NCBI GenBank assembly: GCA_963771355.1
Contig: CAVYTA010000001.1
Location: 96,001 to 160,000 of the forward strand
DNA length: 64,000 nt
Direction of reading: 5' to 3'
Origin: an uncultured Candidatus Rokubacteria bacterium
Lineage (GTDB): Bacteria > Methylomirabilota > Methylomirabilia > Rokubacteriales > CSP1-6
The position numbers and the translations under genes are program-made. The notes below the pieces were generated by a model. The model was not told the origin of the DNA. It searched no databases and saw only the letters and a program-made list of their open reading frames with translations. Positions 11,419 through 19,633 of the stretch are shown here, one piece after another. The stretch's first letter is position 1. Every line of letters begins with the position of its first letter.

Positions 11419-12294
11419 TCAAGTGGCGGCGCGTAGGGCTCGGGCCTCGGCGAAGAGCAGGTCGCGGTCGCCCTGGGGTACCGGGTAGCGCGAATAGCCC
11501 GTCGCCGTCCGGGCCCGGGCCAGCGCGAGGGCCTCGGACTCGAAGAACAGCGCGACGGCGGCAAGGTCCTCCTGGATCTCCGCGCGGCGCGCCGTCGCTC
11601 CGGGGTGCTCCAGCAGCTCGAGCGCCAGTGACTCGAGGGCCTCACGCGAGGCACCCCGAAGAAGCGCGCTCCACCCGGTCGATGCCTCCACCGGTAGCCG
11701 GCGGAAACCGATGACCGTTGAATAAACGGCGGCCGCGGCGCTTGAATAAACAGCGGCCGCGGCGCTCGAGTAGGCGGCCTCGCCGATGATTCGTTGGCGC
11801 GCGCGCGGTATCGGATGACCGACGAAGCGGAGAAGGCGGGCGAGAGCATGGAACGCCTCGCCGGTCGCGTCTCGGGATCGGAAGGCGCCGTGGAGCTCGA
11901 ACGACGGGAAGGCCTCTGGCCCGGTGGTCAGGCAGAAGAAGGTCTCGCGCCCGTCGACTCGGATCCCGATATAGGGGTAGAGGAACGGGAACGCGCTCGC
12001 CACATTGCGCCGGGGCCGCAGCGTCTGGATGAGCCGGATCTCGGTCAGCGATGCCGCCAGGTCCGACGCGCAGACCTCCCACGTGATCGTCGCCGCGGCC
12101 TTCACGAGCGCGCGGCGCTTGCGCTCGTTCTTCTTGCGCCCCGCGGTCCGATACTGCGCCAGGCGGCGGCGCAGGCTCCCGGCCTTGCCCACATAGAGGA
12201 GGGCGCCCGCCGCGTCGAGGAAGCGGTAGACACCGGGCGCGGTCGGCACTCCGGCCAGGAAGTCGACGCCGAACCTCTGGTCGAAGAGCCGCAC
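11419..12294 (-). CDS. GIY-YIG nuclease family protein (UvrC N-terminal-like)
   Basis: PGVYRF..LLYVGKA.SLR.RL.QY, E..LIQTLRP..N. Confidence 0.85.
   Translation of the reverse strand: MRLFDQRFGVDFLAGVPTAPGVYRFLDAAGALLYVGKAGSLRRRLAQYRTAGRKKNERKRRALVKAAATITWEVCASDLAASLTEIRLIQTLRPRRNVASAFPFLYPYIGIRVDGRETFFCLTTGPEAFPSFELHGAFRSRDATGEAFHALARLLRFVGHPIPRARQRIIGEAAYSSAAAAVYSSAAAAVYSTVIGFRRLPVEASTGWSALLRGASREALESLALELLEHPGATARRAEIQEDLAAVALFFESEALALARARTATGYSRYPVPQGDRDLLFAEARALRAAT
11718..11779. repeat. In-frame 24-bp tandem repeat (about 2.5 copies) inside the GIY-YIG gene
   Basis: ttgaataaacggcggccgcggcgc / ttgaataaacagcggccgcggcgc / tcgagtaggcggcc; encodes AAYSSAAAAVYSSAAAAVYS. Confidence 0.9.
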
Positions 12295-12339
12295 GGGCGC
12301 ATCGTCTCAGCCAGGCGCGCCCTCGCGAAGCTTTTCTGC

Positions 12340-12380
12340 CGGGCAATGCCGCACCGGTCAGGGAGGGGCCGCGACTTCCG
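12340..12380. promoter_or_regulatory. Putative paired enhancer (UAS) sites, degenerate
   Basis: CGGGCA-ATGC-CGCACC and GGGGCC-GCGA-CTTCCG, 85-110 bp upstream of the sigma54 site. Confidence 0.45.
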
Positions 12381-12449
12381 CCTGCCCTCACGGAGCAAAA
12401 GCGATCGCGCCGGCAGGGAGATAGCGACGACTTCGAACTCCGGCGGTCC

Positions 12450-12465
12450 TGGCAGCGCGGTTGCA
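12450..12465 (+). promoter_or_regulatory. sigma54 -24/-12 promoter
   Basis: TGGCAGCGCGGTTGCA (GG-N10-GC). Confidence 0.8.
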
Positions 12466-12498
12466 ATACTCACTCCCGAGCACAAGGAGGACTCTCCC

Positions 12499-12717
12499 AT
12501 GGCAAGCCGAGCGAAGACCGCGCGCCGCAAGACCACGAGCTCGACCCGTTCCGCCAAGGCTGGCCGGCCGCCCAAGGAGCCGGTGCTCCCGCCACGGGTG
12601 CGACGCCGTCAGAAGTCCGCGACCGCGGCGGTCAACAAGGGAACCACGCTACAACAGGCCGCCGAGGGGCCTCGGGCCGCCTGGCCCGCCAGCCGGCCGA
12701 TGTTCAAGAAGGGCTAG
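12499..12717 (+). CDS. Small basic R/K/P-rich protein, copy 1 (72 aa)
   Basis: RBS aaggagga; gap-free paralog at 39086-39304 with 50/72 identical residues by hand count. Confidence 0.8.
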   Translation: MASRAKTARRKTTSSTRSAKAGRPPKEPVLPPRVRRRQKSATAAVNKGTTLQQAAEGPRAAWPASRPMFKKG

Positions 12718-12783
12718 CCGTCGTTCGGGCGCGTCCCGTCGGGGCGGGGCGCGAGAGCTTGTGGATGGCGGTATGATCCCCGC

Positions 12784-14280
12784 ATGCGGGTGCTCCTGCT
12801 GGCCATGCCCGACTCCTTCGAGCACATGGCGACGGTCGCCATCCGGATGCCCAATGGCGCCCTGACCTCCCTGGCCGGCAACGTGGATGCCCACCATTCG
12901 GTGGCCGTCGCCGACCTCGTGCTGGTCCAGTCTCGTGTTCGGGCGGTGGTGGAGCGGCTCGTGCGCGAGCAGGCGCCGGACGTGGTGGGGCTCTCGGTGA
13001 TGACCTTCCAGCGCCACACCGCCCAGCGTCTCATCGAGCTGGTGCGCGCGCTCCGTCCGGGCGTCCGGATCGTGGTCGGCGGGTACGACCCCAGCCTGGC
13101 GCCGGAGGCCTATACCCGGCCCGGTCCCGGCGCCGCCGACTTCATCGTGCGCGGGGAAGGCGAGCTGACCTTCCGGGCGCTGCTCCGCGCCCTGGAGCGG
13201 GACACCGCCTTCGACGCGATTCCGGGACTGACCTTCAGAGTCGGAGATCTCGTCGTCGAGAACCCCGCGCGCCCCGTGAGCGGCCTCGAGGACGGCGCCA
13301 TCGCGCTGCCCAACCGCGCCGCGCGCGTGCTGCACGGCTTCACCATGGTCGGCCGTCAGGTGGACGTGGTCGAGACCTCGCGCGGCTGTACCTTCGACTG
13401 CAGCTTCTGCTCCATCATCGAGATGCGGGGGCGGAACTTCCATTCCTACGGGTTCGAGCGCGTGCTGGCCGACATCCGCGACGCGCGGGCCCATGGCGCG
13501 CGGTCCATCTTCATCGTGGACGACAACATCACGCTCGACGTGCGACGGTTCGAGGCGCTGTGCCGGGCGATCGTGGACGCGGGCCTGTCGGACCTCGAGT
13601 ACCTCGTGCAGGCCATGACCTCGGCCATCGCCAACCACGGCCACACCCTGGCGCCGCTGATGCGGCGGGCCGGGTTCCGGTGGGTCTTCCTGGGGATCGA
13701 GAACATCCTCGAGGAGGACCTCGCCTTCCTGCGGGCGAGCGCCAAGAACCGCGCGCGCGAGGGTGGCGCGCCGGCGGGCAACGCCGCGGTGCGGGCCATC
13801 GAGCTCCTGCACCGGCACGGCATGCTGGTGGTCGGCGGGCTCATCGTCGGCAACCCCACCGACACGCGCGAATCGATCGAGGCGAACCTCGAGTTCGCGC
13901 GGCGCTACGTGGACTACCCGTACATCCAGCACCCCACGCCCTATCCCCGCACGCCCATGACGCGGGAGTTCCGCGCCCGCGGCCTGATCATCAACGAGCG
14001 TCTGGACGAGTACGACGGCACCACCGCGGTGGTCCGCAGCGAGCACCTGGACGCCGAGGAGATCGAGTTCATGCGGTGGCGCGCCGAGCGGTGGATGAAG
14101 CTGCGCCACCTGCCGAAGGCCCTGGTCCGCCGACCGTGGTTCGCGCTCCGGTATGGCGGGAAGATGTTCGCCCACACCTTCCGGGGCAGCACGCTCAAGT
14201 CCCTGCTGGGGCTGGAGGACGAGCGCCGGGCGTTCGCCCGCTATCGCGCCATCCGGGCGCGCGAGCGAACCTACCTCTGA
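12784..14280 (+). CDS. B12-binding radical SAM protein
   Basis: N-terminal cobalamin-binding domain (VGLS.MTFQ, VVGGY); TSRGCTFDCSFC; DDNI; FLGIE. Confidence 0.92.
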   Translation: MRVLLLAMPDSFEHMATVAIRMPNGALTSLAGNVDAHHSVAVADLVLVQSRVRAVVERLVREQAPDVVGLSVMTFQRHTAQRLIELVRALRPGVRIVVGGYDPSLAPEAYTRPGPGAADFIVRGEGELTFRALLRALERDTAFDAIPGLTFRVGDLVVENPARPVSGLEDGAIALPNRAARVLHGFTMVGRQVDVVETSRGCTFDCSFCSIIEMRGRNFHSYGFERVLADIRDARAHGARSIFIVDDNITLDVRRFEALCRAIVDAGLSDLEYLVQAMTSAIANHGHTLAPLMRRAGFRWVFLGIENILEEDLAFLRASAKNRAREGGAPAGNAAVRAIELLHRHGMLVVGGLIVGNPTDTRESIEANLEFARRYVDYPYIQHPTPYPRTPMTREFRARGLIINERLDEYDGTTAVVRSEHLDAEEIEFMRWRAERWMKLRHLPKALVRRPWFALRYGGKMFAHTFRGSTLKSLLGLEDERRAFARYRAIRARERTYL

Positions 14281-14283
14281 GGC
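14208..14283 (+). repeat. Direct repeat copy A (3' end of radical SAM gene; att-like)
   Basis: 76 bp, 72/76 identical to 42930-43005. Confidence 0.93.
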
Positions 14284-14303
14284 CGAGTCGGGCCGCTGAA
14301 CCC

Positions 14304-14319
14304 GGGGCGCGGGCGCCCC
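14304..14319. promoter_or_regulatory. Putative enhancer palindrome
   Basis: GGGGCG-CGGG-CGCCCC, 90 bp upstream of the sigma54 site. Confidence 0.6.
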
Positions 14320-14393
14320 ATTCCCGAGGCCGGCGCGGGACAGCGGGGGTAAGCGCGGGCGTGTAACTTTGCGCTTTCCTTGAGGCGTCCACC

Positions 14394-14409
14394 TGGCACT
14401 CCCGTTGCA
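14394..14409 (+). promoter_or_regulatory. sigma54 -24/-12 promoter
   Basis: TGGCACTCCCGTTGCA. Confidence 0.85.
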
Positions 14410-14511
14410 CTCGCTCCAGTCCAGCTTCCGGAGCACGCGTTGAAAAGGGGAGACCGTGCGATTGAAGAGCCGCTGAGCCGAGTCGCGATTGCGGTGGGCA
14501 CAGAAGATGAG

Positions 14512-15081
14512 ATGGGCGGCACCAGCGCGTATCCGGCCGACTTGGCGCGCGAGGTGACGTGCCGAGACGGCACCCGCGTACGCCTGCGGCCCATCCGACC
14601 CGAGGATGCGCCGCGGCTCCAGGCGTTGCATGCGCGACTCAGCCGGGAGACGATCTACCAGCGCTTCTTTGGCGCCACGCCGCGACTTCCGACGCCCTGG
14701 GCCCGCTTCCTGGCCGAGGTGGACTATCGCGGGCGCCTGGCCCTGGTCCTCGAGCGGGGGCCGGCCACTGACCCCGAGCTGATCGGGGTTGGCCGCTACG
14801 AGCCGACCACCGAGCCGGGCACGGCCGAGGTCGCGTTCGTCATCGAGGACCGGTGGCAGGGCAAGGGGCTCGGCACCGTGCTCTTCACCGCGCTTCTCAC
14901 CGCCGCGCGGGAGCGCGGGATCCGCCGCTTCCGGGCCGACGTGCTCGCCGACAACCGACGCATGCTCGACCTCATCACGCGGTTCACATGCGTGGACTCA
15001 CGCGAAACCCGGGACGCGATCACGAGTCTGGTATTCTCTCTCCCGCCGGCCGGACCGACCACCCGCACGAAGGAGGCATGA
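14512..15081 (+). CDS. Stand-alone GNAT acetyltransferase (Pat-type GNAT domain)
   Basis: RDG..V.LRPIRPED, LS.ET.YQRFF, EVAFVIED.WQG.GLG, VLADN..M. Confidence 0.87.
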   Translation: MGGTSAYPADLAREVTCRDGTRVRLRPIRPEDAPRLQALHARLSRETIYQRFFGATPRLPTPWARFLAEVDYRGRLALVLERGPATDPELIGVGRYEPTTEPGTAEVAFVIEDRWQGKGLGTVLFTALLTAARERGIRRFRADVLADNRRMLDLITRFTCVDSRETRDAITSLVFSLPPAGPTTRTKEA

Positions 15082-15959
15082 TGGCAGGGCGCACGAGCTT
15101 CGAGGTTGTGATCGGCACGGATGGCTCCGCCTCCGGGCGCGCCGCCGTGGATGCCGCTGCGCACTTTCCCTGGCCCGCCGGCGCCGGCGCGGTGCTTGTG
15201 GTGGCGAGCCGGGGCGTGCTCGAGTGGTCGCCGGCGGCACGGGCGCTGGCGCAAGGCGCGGCGCAGCGAGTGGGAGCACGCGCGCTCCGGGCGCTCCGTC
15301 GGCGGTGGCCGACAGCCCAGGCGCGGTACCCCTTGCAGTCTCCGAGCGGCGCGCTCCTCGCCGCTGCGCGGTCCGGCCGGGGTGGCGCCATCGTGGTGGG
15401 ATCCGGAGGGCGTGGCGTGCTCGGGCGGCTACTGCTCGGCAGCGTGTCGCGGCAGGTGGTCCAGGCGGCCGCTTGCCCGGTGCTCGTCGTCAAGGGCCGT
15501 TTGAGGCGGGCGCGCCGCTTCACCATCGGGGTGGACGGCTCGGCCAATTCCCGGCGCGCGGCCGCGATGGTGGCGCGCCTGTCCATCCCCCCGGGGGGGC
15601 GGGTGACCTTGGTCTCCGTGATCGAGCCGATTCGCGTTCCCTCCGGAGCCCTGATGCCCGCGCGCATCGGCGGCACGTTGCGCGCGGAGGCGGCGCGCCT
15701 CACCGCCGAGCGGCGGCGGAAGATGGAAAGGGCCCAGCGGCAGCTGCGGATCCGGCTTCGCCGGGCCGGCTGGAAGGTGCGGGAGGTGGTCCGCGTCGCC
15801 ACGCCCCTGGAGGGGTTGCTCGACGCGGCGAATGCCAGCCGGACCGATGTACTCGTCATCGGGGCCCGCGGCACCGGCGGTGTCTCGCGGCTGCTGCTGG
15901 GCAGTGTCGCGGAAGGGGCCATGACCAGGGCACCGATGTCGGTCCTGGTGGTCCGCTAG
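15078..15959 (+). CDS. Tandem-domain universal stress protein
   Basis: Two D-GS / G..G.G..LLGSV / VLVV USP units. Confidence 0.9.
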   Translation: MMAGRTSFEVVIGTDGSASGRAAVDAAAHFPWPAGAGAVLVVASRGVLEWSPAARALAQGAAQRVGARALRALRRRWPTAQARYPLQSPSGALLAAARSGRGGAIVVGSGGRGVLGRLLLGSVSRQVVQAAACPVLVVKGRLRRARRFTIGVDGSANSRRAAAMVARLSIPPGGRVTLVSVIEPIRVPSGALMPARIGGTLRAEAARLTAERRRKMERAQRQLRIRLRRAGWKVREVVRVATPLEGLLDAANASRTDVLVIGARGTGGVSRLLLGSVAEGAMTRAPMSVLVVR

Positions 15960-16071
15960 ACCAGCGCGGCCTCGACGCACCCCAAGTTTTAGAATTCCGT
16001 CCCCTCGCGGCACGGCTACAATCTTTGCGTGGGGGCGCCCGTGACTTGGGCGCCGGAGGGACGAGGCGGGC

Positions 16072-17478
16072 ATGAGCGACCAACGGGTGCTGATCGTCGA
16101 CGACGAGCCGGATATGGTCGAGAACTGCGCGCGTATCCTGGCGCGTGCGGGCTACCAGTGCCTGACCACGACCGATCCCGAGCACGCCCTGGGCCTCGTG
16201 GAGTCCGAGCACCCCGACCTCCTGATCACCGACCTCAAGATGCCGGGGCTCGACGGGATGGAGCTGATCCGCCGCGCCCGGCAACTGGATCCGGCGCTGC
16301 CGATCATCGTCATCACCGCCTTCGCCACCATCGAGTCGGCGGTGGCCGCCATCAAGGAAGGCGCCTTCGACTACTTGCCCAAGACTTTCTCGGTGGACCA
16401 GCTCCGGGTGGCGACCGACCGTGCCCTGGGGCACCGGACGCTGCAGCTCGAGAACCGGAACCTCCGCGCGCAGCTCCGTGGGACCTTCGGGTTCGAGAAC
16501 TTCATTGGCCGGAGCCCCGAGATGTCCGAGGTCTTCGAGCTGGTGCGCAAAGCCGGTCGCTCGGAGGCCAATATCCTGGTCCAGGGAGAGTCGGGCACGG
16601 GCAAGGAGCTGGTCGCCCGCGCCGTGCACGCCAATAGCCCCCGGGTGGCCGAGCCGTTCATCGCGGTGGACTGCGCGTCCCTGCCCGAGCACCTCCTCGA
16701 GTCTGAGCTCTTCGGGCACGAGAAGGGGGCGTTCACGGGCGCGGTGAAGAGCAAGCCCGGCCTGATGGAGACGGCCAACCGGGGCACGCTCTTCCTGGAC
16801 GAGATCGCCGAGCTGCCGGTGAGCCTCCAGGTGAAGCTGCTGCGGTCGCTCCAGGAGCGGCAGGTGCGGCGCGTCGGCGGCACCACCCTCATCCGGTGCG
16901 ACGTGCGCATCGTGTCCGCGACCAATCGGGACCTGCGCGACCTGGTGGCCAAAGGGCAGTTTCGCGAGGAGCTCTTCTATCGGGTCAACGTGATCGCGAT
17001 CCAGCTCCCGCCGCTGCGCGAGCGGGCGGGCGACGTGCCGCTGCTCGCGCAGGCCTTCCTCAAGCGCTACCGCCAGCGCGACATCCAGGGATTTGACGAG
17101 GGCGCCATGGCCGCGCTCGAGCGCTATCCGTGGCCGGGCAATGTCCGCGAGCTGCAGAACATCGTCGAGCGCGCGTGCGCGCTGGCGGAGGGCGATCGCA
17201 TTACGCGCGCGGACTTGCCGGTCTACTTGCTCGAGCGGGCCTCGCCCGCTGCCGCGTCGCGTGGCTCACCCGCCCTCCCCGCGCGCGATGGGGCGGGCGC
17301 CTCGGGGCCGCCGCCGACCCTCCGGGAGGCCAAGCAGCGCTGGCTCCAGGATCTCGAGGGCGCCTATCTTCGCGACCTCCTGGCTCAGCATGGCGGGAAT
17401 ATCTCCGCCGCGGCAAAGATCGCCGGCATCGACCGGAAGACATTTCACCGGTTGCTCAGCCGATACGGAGTCCGCTAG
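16072..17478 (+). CDS. NtrC/AtoC-family sigma54-dependent response regulator (REC-AAA+-Fis HTH)
   Basis: IVDDE, TDLKMP, GESGTGKE, GAFTGA, FLDEI, WPGNVREL, GNISAAAKIAGIDRKTFHRLL. Confidence 0.96.
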   Translation: MSDQRVLIVDDEPDMVENCARILARAGYQCLTTTDPEHALGLVESEHPDLLITDLKMPGLDGMELIRRARQLDPALPIIVITAFATIESAVAAIKEGAFDYLPKTFSVDQLRVATDRALGHRTLQLENRNLRAQLRGTFGFENFIGRSPEMSEVFELVRKAGRSEANILVQGESGTGKELVARAVHANSPRVAEPFIAVDCASLPEHLLESELFGHEKGAFTGAVKSKPGLMETANRGTLFLDEIAELPVSLQVKLLRSLQERQVRRVGGTTLIRCDVRIVSATNRDLRDLVAKGQFREELFYRVNVIAIQLPPLRERAGDVPLLAQAFLKRYRQRDIQGFDEGAMAALERYPWPGNVRELQNIVERACALAEGDRITRADLPVYLLERASPAAASRGSPALPARDGAGASGPPPTLREAKQRWLQDLEGAYLRDLLAQHGGNISAAAKIAGIDRKTFHRLLSRYGVR

Positions 17479-18164
17479 CTGCGCCTGGCGCGCTCGGAAG
17501 GTTGGACAGGCGGGCGTTCGGCGCGCCGTTTCAGGTTCCCGAACTGGCGCGTCTGCATGACCCAGTGCGCGGGCTCCCAGAAGAGCAGATCCGCGATCAC
17601 CTGCAGGAACCGCGGACGAGCGGAGGCGTAACCGCTGACCACAAGCCGCGTACGCCCTTCGGGCAATTCTTTCAGCTGGAACCCCCACAATGCATCGACA
17701 TAGAAGTGGGGCCGCGATCCTGCAGTGTCGAAGGGGCGCCCGCTGCGCAGATTGATCGGCGCTCGCAATCCAAGGAAGCGCTCCGCGTCGAGCGCCGCGA
17801 CCTCGAACCAGGCGCCGCCGCTCGGGGTTGATGCCAGGCGATCCCCCACCGACAAGTTCTGCCATTCGGGGTGGATCTGCTCGGCGCTCGGCACGCCACC
17901 GTTGTCGAGGCGGTCCCAGCTGTACCAGCCGGCCCGATCGCAGCCCATCTGCATGAGCCATGGCCACACTCGCGACGGTGGGACGTCGATCGTCACGGCC
18001 ATCGTCGCGCCGCGCCGCCCGCCGGGAATCAGATCGCCGCCGGGATACGACTGTCGCACTTCCTCGTCTGAGGCGCCCCAGCGAAGTATGCGAGGCCGTA
18101 CGGCCAGCGCGTAGACTCCTGCCGAGAGAGCGAGCATCGCGACGAGCCGACGAGCGGGTGTCAT
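17475..18164 (-). CDS. SRPBCC-like hypothetical protein
   Basis: WGASDEE, AVTID.PP..VWPWL.QMG.DRAGWYS.D.LDN, HWVMQ. Confidence 0.75.
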   Translation of the reverse strand: MTPARRLVAMLALSAGVYALAVRPRILRWGASDEEVRQSYPGGDLIPGGRRGATMAVTIDVPPSRVWPWLMQMGCDRAGWYSWDRLDNGGVPSAEQIHPEWQNLSVGDRLASTPSGGAWFEVAALDAERFLGLRAPINLRSGRPFDTAGSRPHFYVDALWGFQLKELPEGRTRLVVSGYASARPRFLQVIADLLFWEPAHWVMQTRQFGNLKRRAERPPVQPSERARRS

Positions 18165-18338
18165 GGTCGCTGCCTCCTGTCCAAGAGTAGCTCCTCGCCC
18201 CGCTGCGCGGGATCGAGCTCACTGAGGGCGTCGTCCTCATCGCCAAGGTAGGCGGCCTTGCACATTTGAGAAGGATGTCCATGGTATCGGCGAGTTGGAG
18301 TTTTCGGCCCTCCGTGGCAAGCTGCCACCGGCCCCCAA

Positions 18339-18857
18339 ATGCCTAGCCCCGCGACACTCCTGTTTCGCGTTGCTCAACTCCTCTACTTCATGGCGCCAGC
18401 GTACATCGCCAACATGGCTCCACCCTTTGTCCGATACTGGAACGGATGGAATCGTCCCATCAGTCAGCGCTGGCTCGGTAACCACAAGACCGTCATGGGC
18501 TTCGGGTTTGGCGTGCTGGCGGCGGTGGTGGTCACGTTTGTCCAGTCGCGCGTTGCCTGGGAGGGAGCTCTCGTCTCCTCTGGTCACTGGACCGCGCTTG
18601 GACTGCGCTTTGGTGTCGGCGCCATGGCTGGCGACAGTGCGAAGAGTTTCGTGAAGCGGCGCGTCGGGATTGCTCCGGGCAAGTCCTGGATCCCCTGGGA
18701 CCAATTGGACTTTGTGCTGGGCGCGCTCATATTCACTTGGGGGTGCTCCCCATTGTCATGGCCCGATCTAGCAACAATTCTGCTCCTCAGCACGGGAGGG
18801 CATATTCTCATCAATCATCTCGGCTACTGGATCGGGATACGAGACGTGAAATGGTAG
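18339..18857 (+). CDS. CDP-archaeol synthase-like (CarS/DUF46) membrane cytidylyltransferase
   Basis: PAYIANMAP, LG.HKT..G, GAMAGD..KSF.KRR.GI.PG...P.DQLDF, H..IN..GY.IG; lower GC than flanks. Confidence 0.8.
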   Translation: MPSPATLLFRVAQLLYFMAPAYIANMAPPFVRYWNGWNRPISQRWLGNHKTVMGFGFGVLAAVVVTFVQSRVAWEGALVSSGHWTALGLRFGVGAMAGDSAKSFVKRRVGIAPGKSWIPWDQLDFVLGALIFTWGCSPLSWPDLATILLLSTGGHILINHLGYWIGIRDVKW

Positions 18858-18868
18858 TGCTGATCCTT

Positions 18869-18947
18869 GGGGCGAGATCAATCGCAACGACTTCGAGGTC
18901 AGAAGACGTGATCTCGCCGGGTGAGATGACCACGATGAAACCAACGA
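18869..18947 (+). repeat. Inverted repeat copy A (remnant of SHOCT gene end)
   Basis: 79 bp, about 70/79 identical to the reverse complement of 25009-25087. Confidence 0.85.
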
Positions 18948-19002
18948 CCGGGATGAAAAGGTCAAACGGTGGCGAACTCGGCGGAGCGCTGGTGGCGCTC
19001 TA

Positions 19003-19575
19003 GTGACGGCCACATCCCTTCCGCGCGATCAGACGGCGTACCGTCACCCGGTTGATGAGGTGGTGGCGACGCTCGACACGGACCCGGAGCGTCGGCTTGA
19101 GCCAGGGGGAGGCGCGCGCCCGGCTCGACCGCTACGGCAGGAACGAGCTGGACTGGGGAGAAGCCGGTCCCGGCGTGGCGGAAGTTTCTCGCCCAGTTCC
19201 ACGACGTGCTCGTCGTCTTCCTGCTCATCGCGACCGCGATCTCGGCCGGGCTGTGGCTCTACGAGCTCGGCTCCGCCTTGCCCTACGAGGCGATGGCGAT
19301 CCTTGCCGTCGTGCTGCTCAACGCGGTCATGGGCTACGTCCAGCAGTCACGAGCGGAGCAAGCGGTGGCGGCGTTACGGCAGATGTCGGCGGCGGACGCC
19401 CGTCCTGCAGGAGGATGGCGGACGCTGGACGGTGCAGGGCGACCCGACCGAGGGCGCGCTCGTCGTCGCCGCGCGGAAGGCCGGGCTGCAGGACGTGCGC
19501 TGCGCGGCGGTGGGAAGCTCGGCGCTGTGGCTCCGCGAGCTGAGCAAGATGGCATCGCGCTTCAGAGGGGCGTGA
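19003..19575 (+). pseudogene. Collapsed cation-transporting P-type ATPase
   Basis: Fragments in changing frames: GLSQGEARARLDRYGRNEL; FLAQFHDVLVVFLL..LNAVMGYVQQSRAEQAVAALR; GDPTEGAL; SSALWLRELSK; no DKTGT. Confidence 0.85.
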
Positions 19576-19633
19576 GCAAGCAGCGCGCTCCACGCGGCGA
19601 GAGCTGAGAAGATGTCCCCTGGAGGAGTGAACA

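Noticed and set aside
11718..11779. 24-bp repeats as a mini CRISPR array
   Set aside because: No spacers, in frame within a CDS, and no cas genes.
18246..18263. AGGTAGGCGGCCTTGCA as a sigma54 promoter for the CarS-like gene
   Set aside because: GG-to-GC spacing is 11, not the required 10.
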